DNA of 64,000 nt from Negaprion brevirostris (taxonomy: Eukaryota). Position 1 is the stretch's first letter; each line of letters begins with the position of its first letter. The stretch spans positions 66,771,277-66,835,276 of the forward strand of contig JARDVH010000115.1 of the NCBI GenBank assembly GCA_030324005.1, read 5' to 3'. The position numbers and the translations under genes are program-made. This document shows, piece after piece, positions 25,500 to 39,344 of the stretch. The notes beneath the pieces are model-generated. The model worked only from the letters and a program-made list of their open reading frames with translations. It had not been told where the DNA came from and searched no databases.

Positions 25500-25830
25500 C
25501 AGTGGCTGCTTTTGATCACTGGGACACCAGAATCCCAGAAGCTATAGAGAAGATAAGAATGTTGAGGGTGAGAAATTCTCTGTTCAGCATTGAAAGAAGA
25601 GCTCAAAAGAACCTCGGGGATATATAAAAGATTAAAAATGGCACAAAAAAAAACTGGTATTATCTGGAGCAGAACCTTAAATTAAATCTCAAAAGTAAAG
25701 CAAGAGGGCACAGGTTCAACTCACAAAAGGCAAATGCCAGGTATGGAACAATCCTCAAGCTGTTAGAATCAAAATTCAATGCAATTTATTCAAAGCATTT
25801 TAAGAGCTGGTTGGTGCTGTATTGAGGAGA
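25500..25830 (+). mobile_element. Very decayed CR1 3' fragment
   Basis: ctgttcagcattgaaagaag and caagagggcacaggttcaa resemble the CR1 LFSLE.R and RGH motifs. Confidence 0.45.
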
Positions 25831-25929
25831 CTATAGAATTATTTTGGTTAATGATTTATGATACAGCGTATGGTTCTGCTCCCTATGTACTTAATGTTAT
25901 GTAATGTCACGTGTGCTCTGCCCAAAGGC

Positions 25930-26129
25930 AGGCTTCTTGTCTGCTGCTGTGTCATCCTGAATTGTTTTGTGCAGTTTTCTATCAGTGACGATTTACCAGC
26001 GTCTTCCATTCTCAAGGGCAGGCAAGGAGGCAGGTCCCCCAAGTCCATTTCAACTGGAATGGGAATCAAACCCAGAACTGGAGTTAATGAACCACATACT
26101 AGCCATCTAGCCAACTGAATTAACCATCC
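25930..26129 (-). mobile_element. tRNA-derived SINE fragment with LF-SINE-like head
   Basis: Minus strand reads ggatggttaattcagttggctagatggctag (A-box-like) and gggtttgattcccattccag (B-box-like). Confidence 0.6.
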
Positions 26130-26456
26130 ATATACTTAAGCAGGCCCAAAAGCAACATGGTCTGATTCTCTGCCCTCAAAAGTGGCGTGGTGTATATTAA
26201 GCATGCTTCAAATTGCACAGACAATTGTGTAAATGCAAAGTTGAAACAAATGATGAGATGACTTGTTGGATAAGCACACGCACACAAAGTTCCTGGCATT
26301 ACCAAACATTTCAGTGATGCAATTTTATGCAATGTGTTTCTGTCCCAACCTGTCACACATTAAATTATGCCACAATGCATTTACTACAGCAAAATAAATC
26401 CCTAACAAGATGAAGTTGCCATTTCAGCCACACATTTCAGGCTTGAAAACATTTGT

Positions 26457-26820
26457 ATTTATTTATTCATTTATTGGGATGTTGGCATTGCTGACTGAAA
26501 TGGAGGGCAGTTAGACAGTAAATGCTGGCACAGAGGAGGGCATTAGAGAATCAACACATTGCTGTGGCTCTGAAGTCACACACAGATCAGACTGGGTTAG
26601 GACAGCAGATTTCCTGCCCTAAAAGACATTAGTCAATCAGACGGATTCTTACAACAATCAACAATGGTTTCATGTCATTATTAGATTTTTAATTCCATTT
26701 TTTTAATTGAATTCAAATTCCACCATCTGCTGTGGTAGGATCTGAATTCCAGTAACTAGAGCATTATGCCAGGTCTCTGAATTACTGGTCCAGTGACAAT
26801 CCCACTGCACCAGCATCTCT
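26457..26820 (-). mobile_element. tRNA-headed SINE homologous to the 5' end of the LINE at 52572
   Basis: Shared blocks tggaccagtaattc, ggaattt.aattcaat, tggaattaaaa and gttgattctc.aatgcc. Tail atcccaataaatgaataaat. Confidence 0.8.
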
Positions 26821-27741
26821 CTTAATATAGGTAAGACTGGGCGCAATAAATTGGCCAGACTTTCACATACAACTTCCTCAGAGCAAGAGAACACAATAAA
26901 ATGTTTAGTAAAAATAAATATAATAAATGTAAATGATTTTATGCAAGTGTGTTGTGTTTGAGCAGGGTTAAATGCTCAATAGTTTGCGCACCCTGAAACA
27001 TATAGTGTCAGAGCGTCTGAACACCGTCTACAATGGGCGCTTCAGCTTCCCAATTCACGTTTGCTGCTCCAACCATGAAAACAGTAAACTTGGTGTTTCC
27101 GCTCTTTCATCTTTGTGAATAACACAGGATGCTGACTAAATTGAATGTGCAAACTAATTACAGCTTCCACTCTCTCGCATGGCGGCATTTCAAAATAATG
27201 ACTTCAATTTTCCTCTGGGATAATACAAAGCACTAAAACATTCTTGCAGCATTACAGGAAGGAAGGAATGCTCATTGCTCCCTGTGGCTTTTCCACATAC
27301 CCTGATCTATTCCACAGCATTTAAGTATTAAAACAGACTTGAATAAATAACATTTGGCCAATGGAAAAGGAGGGAAAAAAAGAGTCAGACCACCTGTCCC
27401 ACACATACACTTTATTCTGTTAAAGGCGTTGTTTCACTCCCCTTACAATTAATTTGGCGGATGCACTTGCCTTAATGTGGAACTGTGCCATTCCAAACAG
27501 TAAACTCCAACAGTTGATATCTGCTCTGTGCTCCTGGAATGGTCAGCCTGGGTGGCTTTGGACACAACTGGCCCCTTCACAGATGGAGGGGATTTTATTT
27601 TTTAAATACCTGGGACTTCCAGTTTTGACCATTGCATTCTCCTTACAGTAAAGGCCACTGAGCAGAGTGAAAACTCAGAAGTAATTGGGGTTGATGGGAG
27701 GGAGGAAAACAGACTTCCAGTGAAAATTTTATAGCAAAGCA

Positions 27742-28295
27742 AAAACAACTTTTCTTCACATCACATCTTTAACACAATGAAAAGTCCCAAGGCATTTCAC
27801 TGGAGCATCATAAAGCAAGAAACGACACTAACCATATAAAGGAGGTATTCTGTTAGGCAAAAGCCCAAAAGTTTGAGCAAAGTAAAGTAAGGAGAAGCAG
27901 AGGTTTAGGGTGGGAATTCCAGAGTTAAGGGACTAGGCAGTTGAAGGCATGGCCACCAATAGTGGAGTGATCAGAATTGGGGCCTGAATTAGATGAGCAC
28001 AGACACTTTTGACCTCAAGAACTGGAGGAGATTAGAGATATGGAGGTGACAGGCCTTGAAGGGGTTTGAGACCAAGCATGAGTGTTTCAAAATCAAGGCC
28101 TTCTTTGGAGGGGAACCAATGACCTTGAATTGGGAAACCAACCAGGAGCACATCGGAATAGTCAACTCTAGGAGGTAACAGATATGAATGAATTTCAGTT
28201 GTAGATGAGTTTTGACAGGGTGAATCAGGACAATGTTAGAGATAGATAGATACAGGCAATCTTAGCAATGGCACGAATGTGGTTAGAACCTCATC
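27742..28295 (-). mobile_element. L2 LINE 3' fragment
   Basis: L2-type tail (gtcccaaggcatttcac) and gggaattccagagtt, which reads LWNSHP on the minus strand. Confidence 0.75.
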
Positions 28296-28939
28296 AAAGC
28301 AGATTTCAAATGATATTAGTTGGCGGTACTAGTCCGATATTTGCATTTCAATTTACATGAACTAAAGTTTTTAGTGCATGTATACTGAAATGCGATCAAA
28401 GCTTACCCTCCATTATGTTCATTTTTGGGTTATCACCAAATTACTGCCTCCCTGAAGAAACCCACCATAGCAATTTGTTTGAATGATTAATAGTCAACAT
28501 ATTAAATCACCACTGAAATTAAATTCATCAACTCCACTGCACAGGTGTTGCCCACCCTATTGTCACTCTAGTAGTCATCCTTCAAGGTGTAAGTCGACTG
28601 TTGGAACATGTGCATTTTCAGCATGGATTCCAGTTACATTAATTTCCACCCTTGCTTTGTAAGGTAGTTCACTGAGGCCAGCCTTGTGTGCAAACTGCCC
28701 TTGCAAATAAGAGTACAGACCAGGAATCAAATCACAGACATACTAATAACCTAAAATGCCTTAAAAGACTTGCACCAGAAAAAAAAAAACAGCTTAAAAA
28801 TACCTTCCTAATACAATACAGCTATTAAACCAAGAATAGGAGGCATTCCTTTCTCTTTAAAAGTAAAACATTTCTTCTCCCTTCAAAGAAAATCTCAAAT
28901 TACAATTCTCCAACAAAAATGCCACACACAACCATCATA

Positions 28940-29795
28940 ACAACAACCTCCATTTATACAACACCATTAACATGACAAAACATTCCAAGACACTTCACAT
29001 GAACATGACCAGATAACATCTCCTTATGTGGTTCTGTGTCAGATTAAGGACAGGTGACAAAAAAAACATGGTCAAATGGGAGACATCTTAATAGGGAAGT
29101 CAAATTTGGGGAGGGAATTCTAGAGCTTGGGGCCTTGGCAGCTGAAGACACAGCCACCAATGGAGAGGGGATAGAAATCATGGATGTGCAAGAGACCAGC
29201 ATAGGAGGAAGTTGTAGGGTTAGAAGAGCGATAGGAAGGGTAAGGCTATGGAGATATCCAAATAGCAGGATAAAAATTGTAGCCTCACTGGACAAAGAAC
29301 CAATGGAACTCAAAGTAGGCTGAATCAGCAAATGGAGCCTACTGAAAGTCAGGGCAGCAGAACTTGGATGAGCTCAAGTTTACAGAAGGATGAAGTTGGG
29401 AGGCCACCCAGGCAAGTACTGAGTCAAGTAATAAAAGTATGGATGAGTGTTTTAATAGCACAATGGACTGAGACAGAGGTGGAGACAAGCAACCTTAAAT
29501 GACTGAAAAAGGTGATCTTGGTGATGGAAGAACTCCCAGGTGCTCAGCTCAGGGTCAAATAAAATTCCATGGATGCTAACATTCTGGTTCAGCACCAGAG
29601 TGGCCAAGAAGAGGATGGAATCAGTGGCTAAGAGACAGAGTTCGCAGGAGGAAAACAACGGCTTCTGCCTTCCCCAAAAAAAATCAACTGAAGGAAATCC
29701 CTGCTCATGCATTACTGGTTGCAAGACAAACACTGACAAATCAGAGGCAGATAGGTAGGTAGATGGTGGTGTGGTACAACTTGGTGTTATCAACA
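28940..29795 (-). mobile_element. L2 LINE 3' fragment
   Basis: Homologous to 27742-28295. Remnant GILFDPELS and ggaattctagagcttggggcc. Confidence 0.78.
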
Positions 29796-29889
29796 TTATG
29801 TTTTTAGAAGATAAGCATCACAAAAGTATTTAATATAATTTGAATTCTCATCACAATTATCAACAACCCAGGAAAAACTCGGTAGATCT

Positions 29890-30042
29890 GAGCTGAGTTT
29901 TGACAAAGCTTTGACAAAGGGTCACCCGGTCTCAAAACTTCAGCTCTTTTCTCTCCTTACAGATGCTGCCAGACCTGCTGAGTTTTTCCAGCATTTTCGC
30001 TTTTGGTTTCAGATTCCAGTATCCTCAGTAATTTACTTTTAT
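29890..30042 (+). mobile_element. Penelope-like element terminus with a decayed hammerhead core
   Basis: tgacaaagggtca...ctcaaaac...acagatgctgccagacctgctgag...cagattccagtatc. Confidence 0.7.
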
Positions 30043-30352
30043 CAACAACCTAGGGTCGACTGCATTTTTTGTCAGACATTCCTCATTAGCATTTATATTA
30101 GATTCATGAGACATTAATATTCACATTCAACCAAAATGAGCATTCATTTTTAAGCAGAATTTTTATTTTTATTTACAGCATTGCAGATTTTTTGAAAGAG
30201 GCGAGAACACAGTGCAGGACTTGAGATNNNNNNNNNNGCGAAATTGTGAGGAGGCATTAATAAGATAGGGAAATAAAGTTTGCTTCTGTGAATCACTGCA
30301 GAATGAGCACTTGGCAATACTGATTATAACATCACATTAAATATCTGGAAAA

Positions 30353-30749
30353 GGACTTGGGCAAGATTTTCCATGCCTTCCCACTGCAGCTTTTGTGGCG
30401 TTGGAGGCGACCCATCGTAGCAGCGGGATCTTCTGGTCCCACTGTTGTCAATGGGGTTCTGCATGACATGANNNNNNNNNNNNNNNNNNNNNNNNNNNNN
30501 NNNNNNNNNNNNNNNNNNNNNNNNNNNNNNNNNNCTGGACCACTGTTGTATGCAGCCCTCCTACTGCAACAGAGATACAAAAGTGTGGCAACCAGAAGAC
30601 CAGAATGATGGTGTGTTTAAGGGATATCCATTTATTTAACAGATCACACAATTCATGAAACAAACTCCCCATCCCACGGCTCACAGCAAAGCCTGCAAAT
30701 TATTGTTCAATTATTACTGATTTTGCTGTCAGAAATTCTGCCCAAGACC
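30353..30749. mobile_element. MITE-like element with terminal inverted repeats, spanning a gap
   Basis: Left end ggacttgggcaagattt against the reverse complement of the right end ggtcttgggcagaattt (14 of 17). Confidence 0.5.
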
Positions 30750-33024
30750 TTTAAAACAGCAAACATCAACAAAGAAACCGAGTTCATTCTGACCAGTCAC
30801 AAATTGAAAGGGGAGTTCCAACGTCAGGAGCTGTTTCAAAAGAAAAAGAGTATTTGGAAATAATCGATTTCTATTGTTTTCAACAGATTTGGTTTTTCTG
30901 CTGGAAGCATTTCAGTGACTAAGGCAAAAAAAAAATCTCAGCTCAGCAAGTGCCTCCACTAGTTCCTTCTGAATAAGTCACCAACTTTCCTATTTNNNNN
31001 NNNNNAGACACACCTATGGCAACACAGTGACTTAGAATGCTTGATTCTCAGTCTTCATGATAGTCTGGGTTCAGTCTCATTCTTGCACCTCATATGTACT
31101 CTACCTCCTTATTTTCGGGAATAAAAACAAAATGGAAAGCTCTCTCGATTGAAACTCCCAGTTTACAACCTGTTTGTTTGTATACTACACAAAGGAAGTC
31201 ATGCTCCATAATATTTCTTTAATTACTTTACATGCTTTCATCATTATACCAAATAAGTGTGTTCAATTTTCACTGGGCGTTTCCTCCATTACAGCAAGCT
31301 ACAGTGATGTTGTTATGGATACATCTTAATTATCGGACAAAAGAATCAATCAATCTCCTGGTACTTACTCAGGGTTGGGAAGCGGGAAGATTTGACAGGA
31401 AATTTGGAAATATGGGTTTCTCGGATAACCTGCAAAAAATCAATCACAGGAGGATTTCGTTCATGTTCTTCCAACAGCCAGCCAAGCCACTTGTTCTGCG
31501 GGGAGGGAATCAGCGAGCGTATTTCAGTGGGATGTTGGACACAGTAATTCAACGGCAAGCACATTAGTTTGCTGGGCCTGGAATAAATACTTCTGATCGG
31601 CCTGACTCAAGCCATGCAATTTTAAAATAAAAGCATTTGCCTCAGTGGTCCAGCTCTCCTCAGTGCCAAAATCCATCAGCATTTCCATGAGCAAAAAAAT
31701 AAAAGTTCCATTTGAAATGCAAACTCTCAGCCTCTTTGAAAGATTTGAGTGCTGGGAGTGGGTTGGTCGCCACACCTGCCTTGACTAAGACTGTCAGGTC
31801 TCTGGTGTAGGTTGAGAATTTACAATTCTCCCTTTTATCTTTGAACAGATATAGCTTAAACTATGTTNNNNNNNNNNNNNNNNNNNGCACTTAGTTATAA
31901 CTTGCAAAGATACAAATCACTAAGTGCAGACACACTGGGCTAAGTCATCTCGAGTACACAATACATTCTGGATTTTGCTACCTAAATCAACCCTTTGCCA
32001 AGAGTGGCACAAGCCATGACTTCACATTTCCAGTCCAAACAAATGAGGTACCTATATATAAAAAAAGAGTTGCATCAATTTATGACTTTTATTTAAAAAA
32101 ACTAGTCCAGCACTGGAACACTATTTGAATTTTTCCCCAGAGGGGCTCTGGAGGAATTTAAGATCAGACCACTGAAGACTTTTTGATACGCTGTATCCCT
32201 CCCAGTCATAAAATTGAAAGAATTTCAATTCCCTTTTATTTATTGCAGTGTCACTGTGTATATCCGCTGTGAAGAAAAGGAAATTATTCAAGGATTATTT
32301 TAGAGTAGCAATGCCAATTCCAAAGTAAATAAATCCCTACTTGCAGAAACTGCCAGGAGTTTTTGTCAGGCTGCCATTCAAATGCTGTGGAAGACTATTC
32401 TCCAACACTAAACTATGCCAATGCTCGCACACCATTCTTCCACGCAACCACAGATCCAGAAGGCTGTAACTTTCAGCCCGAGTGATCTAACAATTTCTAG
32501 TGTTGTCCAGAAATTAAAAGTCTACAATTATCTTCCAAGTATGCATTCCACTTTCCAGAATTGGAGAAAACAGCAGTTTACGTCAAACAACCTTTCAGGG
32601 TTAAGTCATTCGAATAACATACTGCTTCCGTTCTCCAGCTCCATCTTATTCACAAACAACAACACATCATCAGTACTCTAGGTTTTATCATCTGCCCCTG
32701 GACTGGGTTAAGATTAGTTTGAGCAGACAGTCTAATCTCCACTTGTTTACTTATATAAAAAATTTTTTTGCACATCCTTATACAAAGCAGATTTTTAAAA
32801 GGACAGTTTTATGTGATGACCAAAATATTGTCCCCAGTTCAATCCTGCAAATGATAACTGATGGCAACAGACTTTAACACGAATCCACAAAGAGGGAGAG
32901 AATGAACTAGTGGGGAGGGCAGGTATAGGGAAATCCACATGTTTATTAATGGATGAGTTTGGTAGCACCAGCTCTATCCAGCTTTCTGCTGACACTGAAG
33001 TTAAATAGCCACTTTGTATAAAAG

Positions 33025-33133
33025 CAAAAGCAGTTCTAAAAGATTGACCTGAACTGTTAACTGTTTTTCTCTCTCTCCCACAAATGGTGCCAGACCTGCT
33101 GAGCATTCCCAGCGTTTTCTGTTTTGATTTCAG
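33025..33133 (+). mobile_element. Penelope-like terminus fragment
   Basis: ctctccacaaatggtgccagacctgctgagcattcccagc; same family as 29890. Confidence 0.7.
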
Positions 33134-33463
33134 TCTTCTCAGACCATTGACTCATTATTGGAGAGAAATGTAGAATATTTACTGTTCACAAATATGTGGT
33201 TCCCCTGCTTTCCTCTCGCATAACTGCCCATTGACACAGAATTTCCTCACTCCTTTCCTGAAGCCGTGACTCAGGTGAAGGTACAGCTCCATAGGCAGTG
33301 CAAATACTCTCATTACTAATCCAAAAGGCCATTTTCACTGAGGTGAGAGCAGACAGGGGAATGGGTCACCCGATGAACCATGAAAAATACAAGCTGGTCT
33401 TTTAATCTTGACCTCAGCATTGGAAAGACCATGTGAACATGCATTTAAAGAAATGAAATATCT

Positions 33464-33609
33464 TGTGGTCTACAGGCCGCCTGACAGCCCGCAGGCAGTG
33501 GAAGAGGGTATATGTAGAGACATTTTGGATATGTGTAGGAAGAACAGGGTTGTTGTAGTGGGAGATTTTAATCTCCCTGGGGTGGATTGGAAGGTGCCTA
33601 GAGCTGGGG
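33464..33609 (+). mobile_element. CR1 ORF2 APE-endonuclease fragment next to a gap
   Basis: VVYRPPDSP...RVVVVGDFNLPGVDW contains the YRPP and GDFN motifs. Confidence 0.88.
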
Positions 33610-34769
33610 NNNNNNNNNNNNNNNNNNNNNNNNNNNNNNNNNNNNNNNNNNNNNNNNNNNNNNNNNNNNNNNNNNNNNNNNNNNNNNNNNNNNNNNNNNN
33701 NNNNNNNNNTTTTCTGGATCAAGTTGGCTTATCTCTTGAGAGGGCTTGTGATTTGATTATGACTCAGTGTTTTTGGGCAAAGTTCCTCAATGCCTTCATT
33801 GTAAAAATTGCAGATGTGCCTTGTCAAAAACAAAAACATTTCGACCACTAAAACCACAGGTGGTGGGAGAAAGATAACAGACTGCTGTTTGGATTACCAC
33901 CATACCTTATTTGGACCACGATTCGGCACTTGCCACAAGTAAAGATGGGTCGGGTGGCCATCTTTGAACTCTGCCAAAAGATACAGCAGAAAATTCAAAT
34001 TGTTTGCAGACAGAATTCAAGTCAGAGAGAGCTGACTACCGCAGTTGACTAAGCAGCCGAAGTACCCAACTGCAGTATCTTGAAAGAGATGAGGAACTAT
34101 TTCTCCTCTCATTTGTTCCATCTCAGAGCTCACCTCAAGTAATTAACCTCCAGACAGATCAATAATAGGAACTATTGCAACTATTGAGAAATCACTGCAC
34201 TTTTTAGCACTTTCACTTCAGCCAAAACAATAATTCGCCTGAGAAACATCAGGCCTGCATTGAAATAGCGACATGGAGTTAAATCTTATTTTGATAATTG
34301 CTATTTTATCTTTGTGTGTGTGTGAATGGTGGTGTGGGTGAGTCAAATGAGTGAGACATCATGTTTGTTTTGTGTGGGAAATAAAGTAGCCTTCTTTATT
34401 TGTAATACACAAAGGTTTGCTGCTGGGTTAGTAAAATTGGTCCAATTGCATGCGGGTGAGAAAATACACATCCACATGATCACAGGTAAATAAATGGAAA
34501 TACCAAAAAATTGTCCATGAAAATTACTAGTGAAGGTAAACAAAAGGTCACAGTCATCCATTGACAGCAATATAAACTGAAACTAATGTCTGGCTAATCT
34601 TCTCACTTCAAGGCAGGGCAGAAATGTGTCTTATTTCAGAAGACCTTGGTATAAATGCTGCCATTGTGCATGAACAACAACCCAAACAGCACTGCCTGAT
34701 TAAGTATCAATAAAGGAGTGTTTGTGTTGAGAAGTCTGAATTCTGGTTTCGGTTAAGGAATCAATTCAC

Positions 34770-34930
34770 CTGTTAAATGGAGAGTGATACAGGGAAAGAG
34801 ACGTTGGGTTGACTTGCTCTATTGATTTTGGTTGTCGACTGGATGGACAAAATCTCAAATCATCAGACTTCAACATGGGGCGGGGAGGGGTGGACGAACG
34901 AAACACTACTTCATGGACAAACTCTGGCAG
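34770..34930 (-). CDS. Candidate 161-nt internal exon of an unidentified gene
   Basis: Acceptor gttttttcatttacag| and donor CAG|GTGAAT. Exactly one open frame (LPEFVHEVVFRSSTPPRPMLKSDDLRF...SPFN). Peptide not recognised. Confidence 0.3.
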
Positions 34931-35189
34931 CTGTAAATGAAAAAACATCTTATTTGTTAATGTATTTTGCTCTGATGTGATTTCACCGATTCTCAAACTC
35001 CGTGTCAGACAAGCTGGTGCAGAATCCTAGGGCAAGGATACGAGTTACTTCTGTGCATAGGGACAATCTCTACTATGCCAAACGATTTGCCCAATCTGAG
35101 TCTATATTTAATCACCTTTTCAATTCAAAAGGAATTACAGGGAAAACCATGATGTTGTTGTAATAAAAACAAGAACTGAAACAGCCTTA

Positions 35190-35292
35190 AGTGTTAGTTC
35201 TCTTCCCGCAGGTGCTGCCAGACCTGTTGATTTTTTCCAGCATTCCTTGCTATTTCAGATTTCTAGCATCTGTGGTATTTTGCTTTTATATT
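35190..35292 (+). mobile_element. Penelope-like terminus fragment
   Basis: gcaggtgctgccagacctgttga...tttcagatttctagcatc...ttttgcttttat. Confidence 0.7.
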
Positions 35293-37654
35293 GGGATACC
35301 ATTGTTTTCTCATCTATTGCAAAAGTTCTCTGTTTAATCCCTGCTTCTTGCTTTCATTTCTCTGAATATTGGCCAGGTAAAAGATACATGTTGGATAATA
35401 GGAGATGGTGTAGTTACAGTAGTATAGAGCATAAAATCCTAAAATGCAACATCAATTGAGCTCAACAAGAAGTCTTCACAGTAGAATAAACCAGGAATAC
35501 TCAATCTTGAGTGTTACACGTCAAGAATGGCTTCTTGTGAAAGAGAAAATTGGACAAAAGAAATGCATCTGATGAACCATTTCCTCTGCATTCACTTTAC
35601 CACAGCTTCTGTATATATACACTTACTCATTATTTGCCACCACTTGTCACTGTTGAAATAACCACAGGTATCTGCACGTCAGGCTATTTGTTTTATTGTT
35701 GTCCTGCAATTTGTAAAGAGGTATGATTAAGCCACAATCTATTCTTTCAGAAGTGACATGCTTATTTGGCCAGAGCAAACAGATTAATTTACCAATAAAA
35801 TCCTTCTCTGTGAAGCACAATATACTCAATAAACCCAAGGATCAAAGCTATAGCGTTTCATTTACAAAACCACCAAGCTCTGTCAACCTGATATACTGGG
35901 TGCGTCTTATGCATTATTACTCTTCTAGACAACCAATGGCATCACACATGAAATTATAGAGGGGTGTTGCTAGGAATGTACATTGTGCATTTACAAGTAC
36001 ACATTATTCGAGGTTCACATAAACAAGCTTAAATTACCAATGGCTGCTCAATAGATTGAAACTATTGTAACCATTAACCTTCAGCAAGAGTCACTCCAAA
36101 TGATTGGCTGGATTCCTGAACACGTGCAGAATATGCCCAAGTACAGATATTCAGCACAAATTTAACTAATAGAAAAGGCATCACGGTTTTCAAATGTACA
36201 CAGGATACACTGCAAAACAGTTGTATAAGTCTATTAAAACTGGCCTNNNNNNNNNNNNNNNNNNNNNNNNNNNNNNNNNNNNNNNNNNNNNNNNNNNNNN
36301 NNNNNNNNNNNNNNNNNNNNNNNNNNNNNNNNNNNNNNNNNNNNNNNNNNNNNNNTGGGAACATGTCAGAATAATTCAAATCAACAATCACAATACTTTT
36401 TTTTCTAAATCTGACTTTCAGTGCAACCTCCTGTTGAGCAGTTTTTCAATAAGTTGATCAATTCATGGGTTCAACTGCTTCAAAATAAAAAAAAGGTTAC
36501 CTTGTGACTCACTTTTATCCTCTTGAGCAAATTCCATCAACATTGGACAACAGTAACATTGCTTTTGCAACAATACATCCCATAAAACCAGGACAACAAT
36601 TTCAGCAGGATGGGATTAAAAGCTTTTCCTTTACAGCTGCCACCTCTGCAGAAACGTACTGGAGCAAATGCTGCAATGTGCAACGGGACACAATCAAATT
36701 GATGGAGATTTTGCGAACCAGTGAAACTTGTACTTTAATTATGAGCTAATAAAAGGGATACATGCAGAAAAACCTGAGCTTTGTGACACATGATTAAACC
36801 AGTATCTTCAATTGCTTCTACCCCAAACATGTTTGGGAGGACAACATCTATAGTTGTGCTACATGGTAAGCCCAATATGAAAAGGTCACATCATCATCAT
36901 TATGCTTTATTGTTACTCAGGCTTTAGAGTGGAAAAACACATGCACACAAATACTGGAAATGCGTCATGGAATTCACTAGATGGGCATGAATATTCGAAA
37001 TATACAAGTGTGCTTGTGAATGAACACCATGCAGGGTGACATAAGGTTTTACTTCACAGCATGCCACAGGCAACGTTAGACTCTTGTGCATACGTACACA
37101 TATTATACAGAGTGAATGGTCTTACAAGACACCAACATTGTTTGGGATATTCTCATCAACATCATCTGCATTTGATTAAAATGCCCTGCATTTGGCCCTA
37201 GTGTACATGATCTGGAAAACAATGGACACATGGGGGATGATTGCAGAGCTATACTATTCAAAACTGTACTATAATCAAGAGTAATGTCACTCTTTACAAT
37301 GAAGACTGCACATATACAATAATCACTGCAAGCTTCTGGATGCCACACTACCTTTGATTTGCAGAAGAAAATGTAGAAACAGAATATGTACGAGTGTATG
37401 AATATACATAAATAAAATGGCCAAATAGTAAATTGATTTATGATAGCGTAAGACACTTGCTCAATCTGTCCTCTATTCTGGTATGATCAAATCTTCTGTA
37501 TTCAGGGGCCGTTTTGGAAATGAGGAATTTTAAGCTCATCATGTGCATGTCTTACTTGAAAAAGGATAACGTATTCCTGGAAACTTTATGATAGAATGTC
37601 TACTTTCAATTCTTTCCTTCAAAGTTACAGTTAAGGAAAGATTGAGCTTTCCAT

Positions 37655-38143
37655 GGGCAGAATTTTAAGGATCAGAAGGGTCATGTAGACTTGAAACATT
37701 GGCTCTATTCGGTCTCCAGAGATGTTATCAAACCTGCTGAGATTTTCCACCATTTTCTGTGTTTGTTTCATATTCCAGCATCCGCAGTATTTTGCTTTTA
37801 TATTGGAATTTTAAGGATGGCGCTGATCATGCCAAGGGTTGGCACCTAACACACAGCCACCAATTCTCGAACTCCCACTGCCATTTAACGTTTACCTGAG
37901 TGTTGACAGGCAGGGACTTATGTCCACCCTTGGAAGGACCTTTCAGGCCAACTTGAAATTCCTGGTCCCCACCCATTTCCAGCCTGACATGGGGAAAGTT
38001 CAAGTGTCACTTTCCCAGCCTACCTACCCTGCCTACTTACTGGCCTTAATAGATGAATGGGTGGGTTTCCAACCCAAGGCCCTGCCACACATGGATGGAA
38101 TTGGACCTGGGTTGGCCAGTGCGGTCCTGGAGAGAATCCTATC
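37655..38143. mobile_element. Decayed MITE-like element, possibly PIF/Harbinger-derived, interrupted by a Penelope-like insert
   Basis: Starts gggcagaatttt, the same terminus class as 30359, and ends aatcctatcc (7 of 10 to the expected inverted repeat). Confidence 0.45.
37673..37805 (+). mobile_element. Penelope-like terminus with a 13-bp target-site duplication
   Basis: gaattttaaggat occurs at 37660-37672 and 37806-37818, flanking the insert. Confidence 0.8.
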
Positions 38144-39079
38144 CAATTTTATGTTGTCTGAAATCACTATGCCAGGGGTGATCTTCACATTGCCAAGTAT
38201 AGAAGGGGCAGTCCAGCCACAGCACCCTCATTGTGGGACAGGGTGGCAAGGTCAGTCCCTTGCCCTCAGCCCAAGCCTACCCAACCCCCAGGATCCTGAA
38301 GGAAGTTCTTTGCAGTCTGGCAACAGCAGAAGGGCAAATGACAACTGGACCTACTTCCTTGAGCCCATTCGGGTCCCAAAGATCCAGGTCATGGCATCAG
38401 TGCCCGGGGTGCTATGTTTATTTTTGCTTCCATTCATGGTTGACTGCACCTCAAGTACCTCATTGATCATGACCACATTTGCTTCTGACAGGGAGAAAGG
38501 AAAATCTGTGCTGCAGAATGGAGTGCGGCAAATATTTAAGGACGCCTCTCATTGCTGAGGGGTTGGTGGCATTTCCTCAGTCCTCAGGGTCAAACATGCC
38601 AGGTCCTTGCTTGAGGACCTGTATGAAAGTCCTCCCGCTGCAGATCCAGTTGGGAAGGCGCATGAATAGCAAGAGCTATTCGATTCGGGTTGCAAGCCCG
38701 CTGGCTGTAAAGTTGTTCATTGAAATATGCATCAGGTCCCCATCCATCAGGCCAGAGGCACAGCCTAGGAGGGTTGTAGCAGGATCAACGCCCAGCACAA
38801 AACCAATTTTTGTGCCATACCCCATTNNNNNNNNNNNNNNNNNNNNNNNNNNNNNNNNNNNNNNNNNNNNNNNNNNNNNNNNNNNNNNNNNNNNNNNNNN
38901 NNNNNNNNNNNNNNNNNNNNNNNNNNCCATACCCCATTCTCCAGGCTATCGTAATTCATAGTTGGAGCTAGCGGGCCCAGAGAATCCCCTGCATTATCTC
39001 AAATTGACAAGACGACAAAATATAACTCAAAGTAGTCTAGATTTGATTTTAATAGCCATAGGCAGTAATGAACCTCTAC

Positions 39080-39340
39080 AAAATCTGAGTAGATTTTAGA
39101 GATAGAGTTAACAGTTAGAGTACCATTCGGCTCCACTCTACAGGAAGGACTTAGGGAATACTGAAAACAATTCTTAGCACGTAGCTGTGGAATTCAAACC
39201 ATACTGAACGAGGCAGAAGCTATGTTAACATTTGAATGGGCAGATCATTGAAGTAAGGGGAAATGGATTGGGAAACACGATAAATACTTGTGTGGAGGCT
39301 AAACATCAACACAGACTGGTTGAACTGAGTAGTTCGCAAT
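39080..39340 (+). mobile_element. Very decayed CR1 3' fragment
   Basis: ttagagtaccattcggctccactctacaggaagga resembles the LEY...W.P..RKD motif, followed by a CR1-like 3' UTR. Confidence 0.45.
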
Positions 39341-39344
39341 GGTA

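Noticed and set aside
36495-36600. Minus-strand donor-like sites after a short frame MLMEFAQEDK
   Set aside because: No acceptor or promoter evidence; such donors are frequent by chance.
37839-38558. Longest gap-free ORF (239 aa, non-ATG start)
   Set aside because: Crosses a MITE-like element and a probable transposon remnant, with no protein motif.
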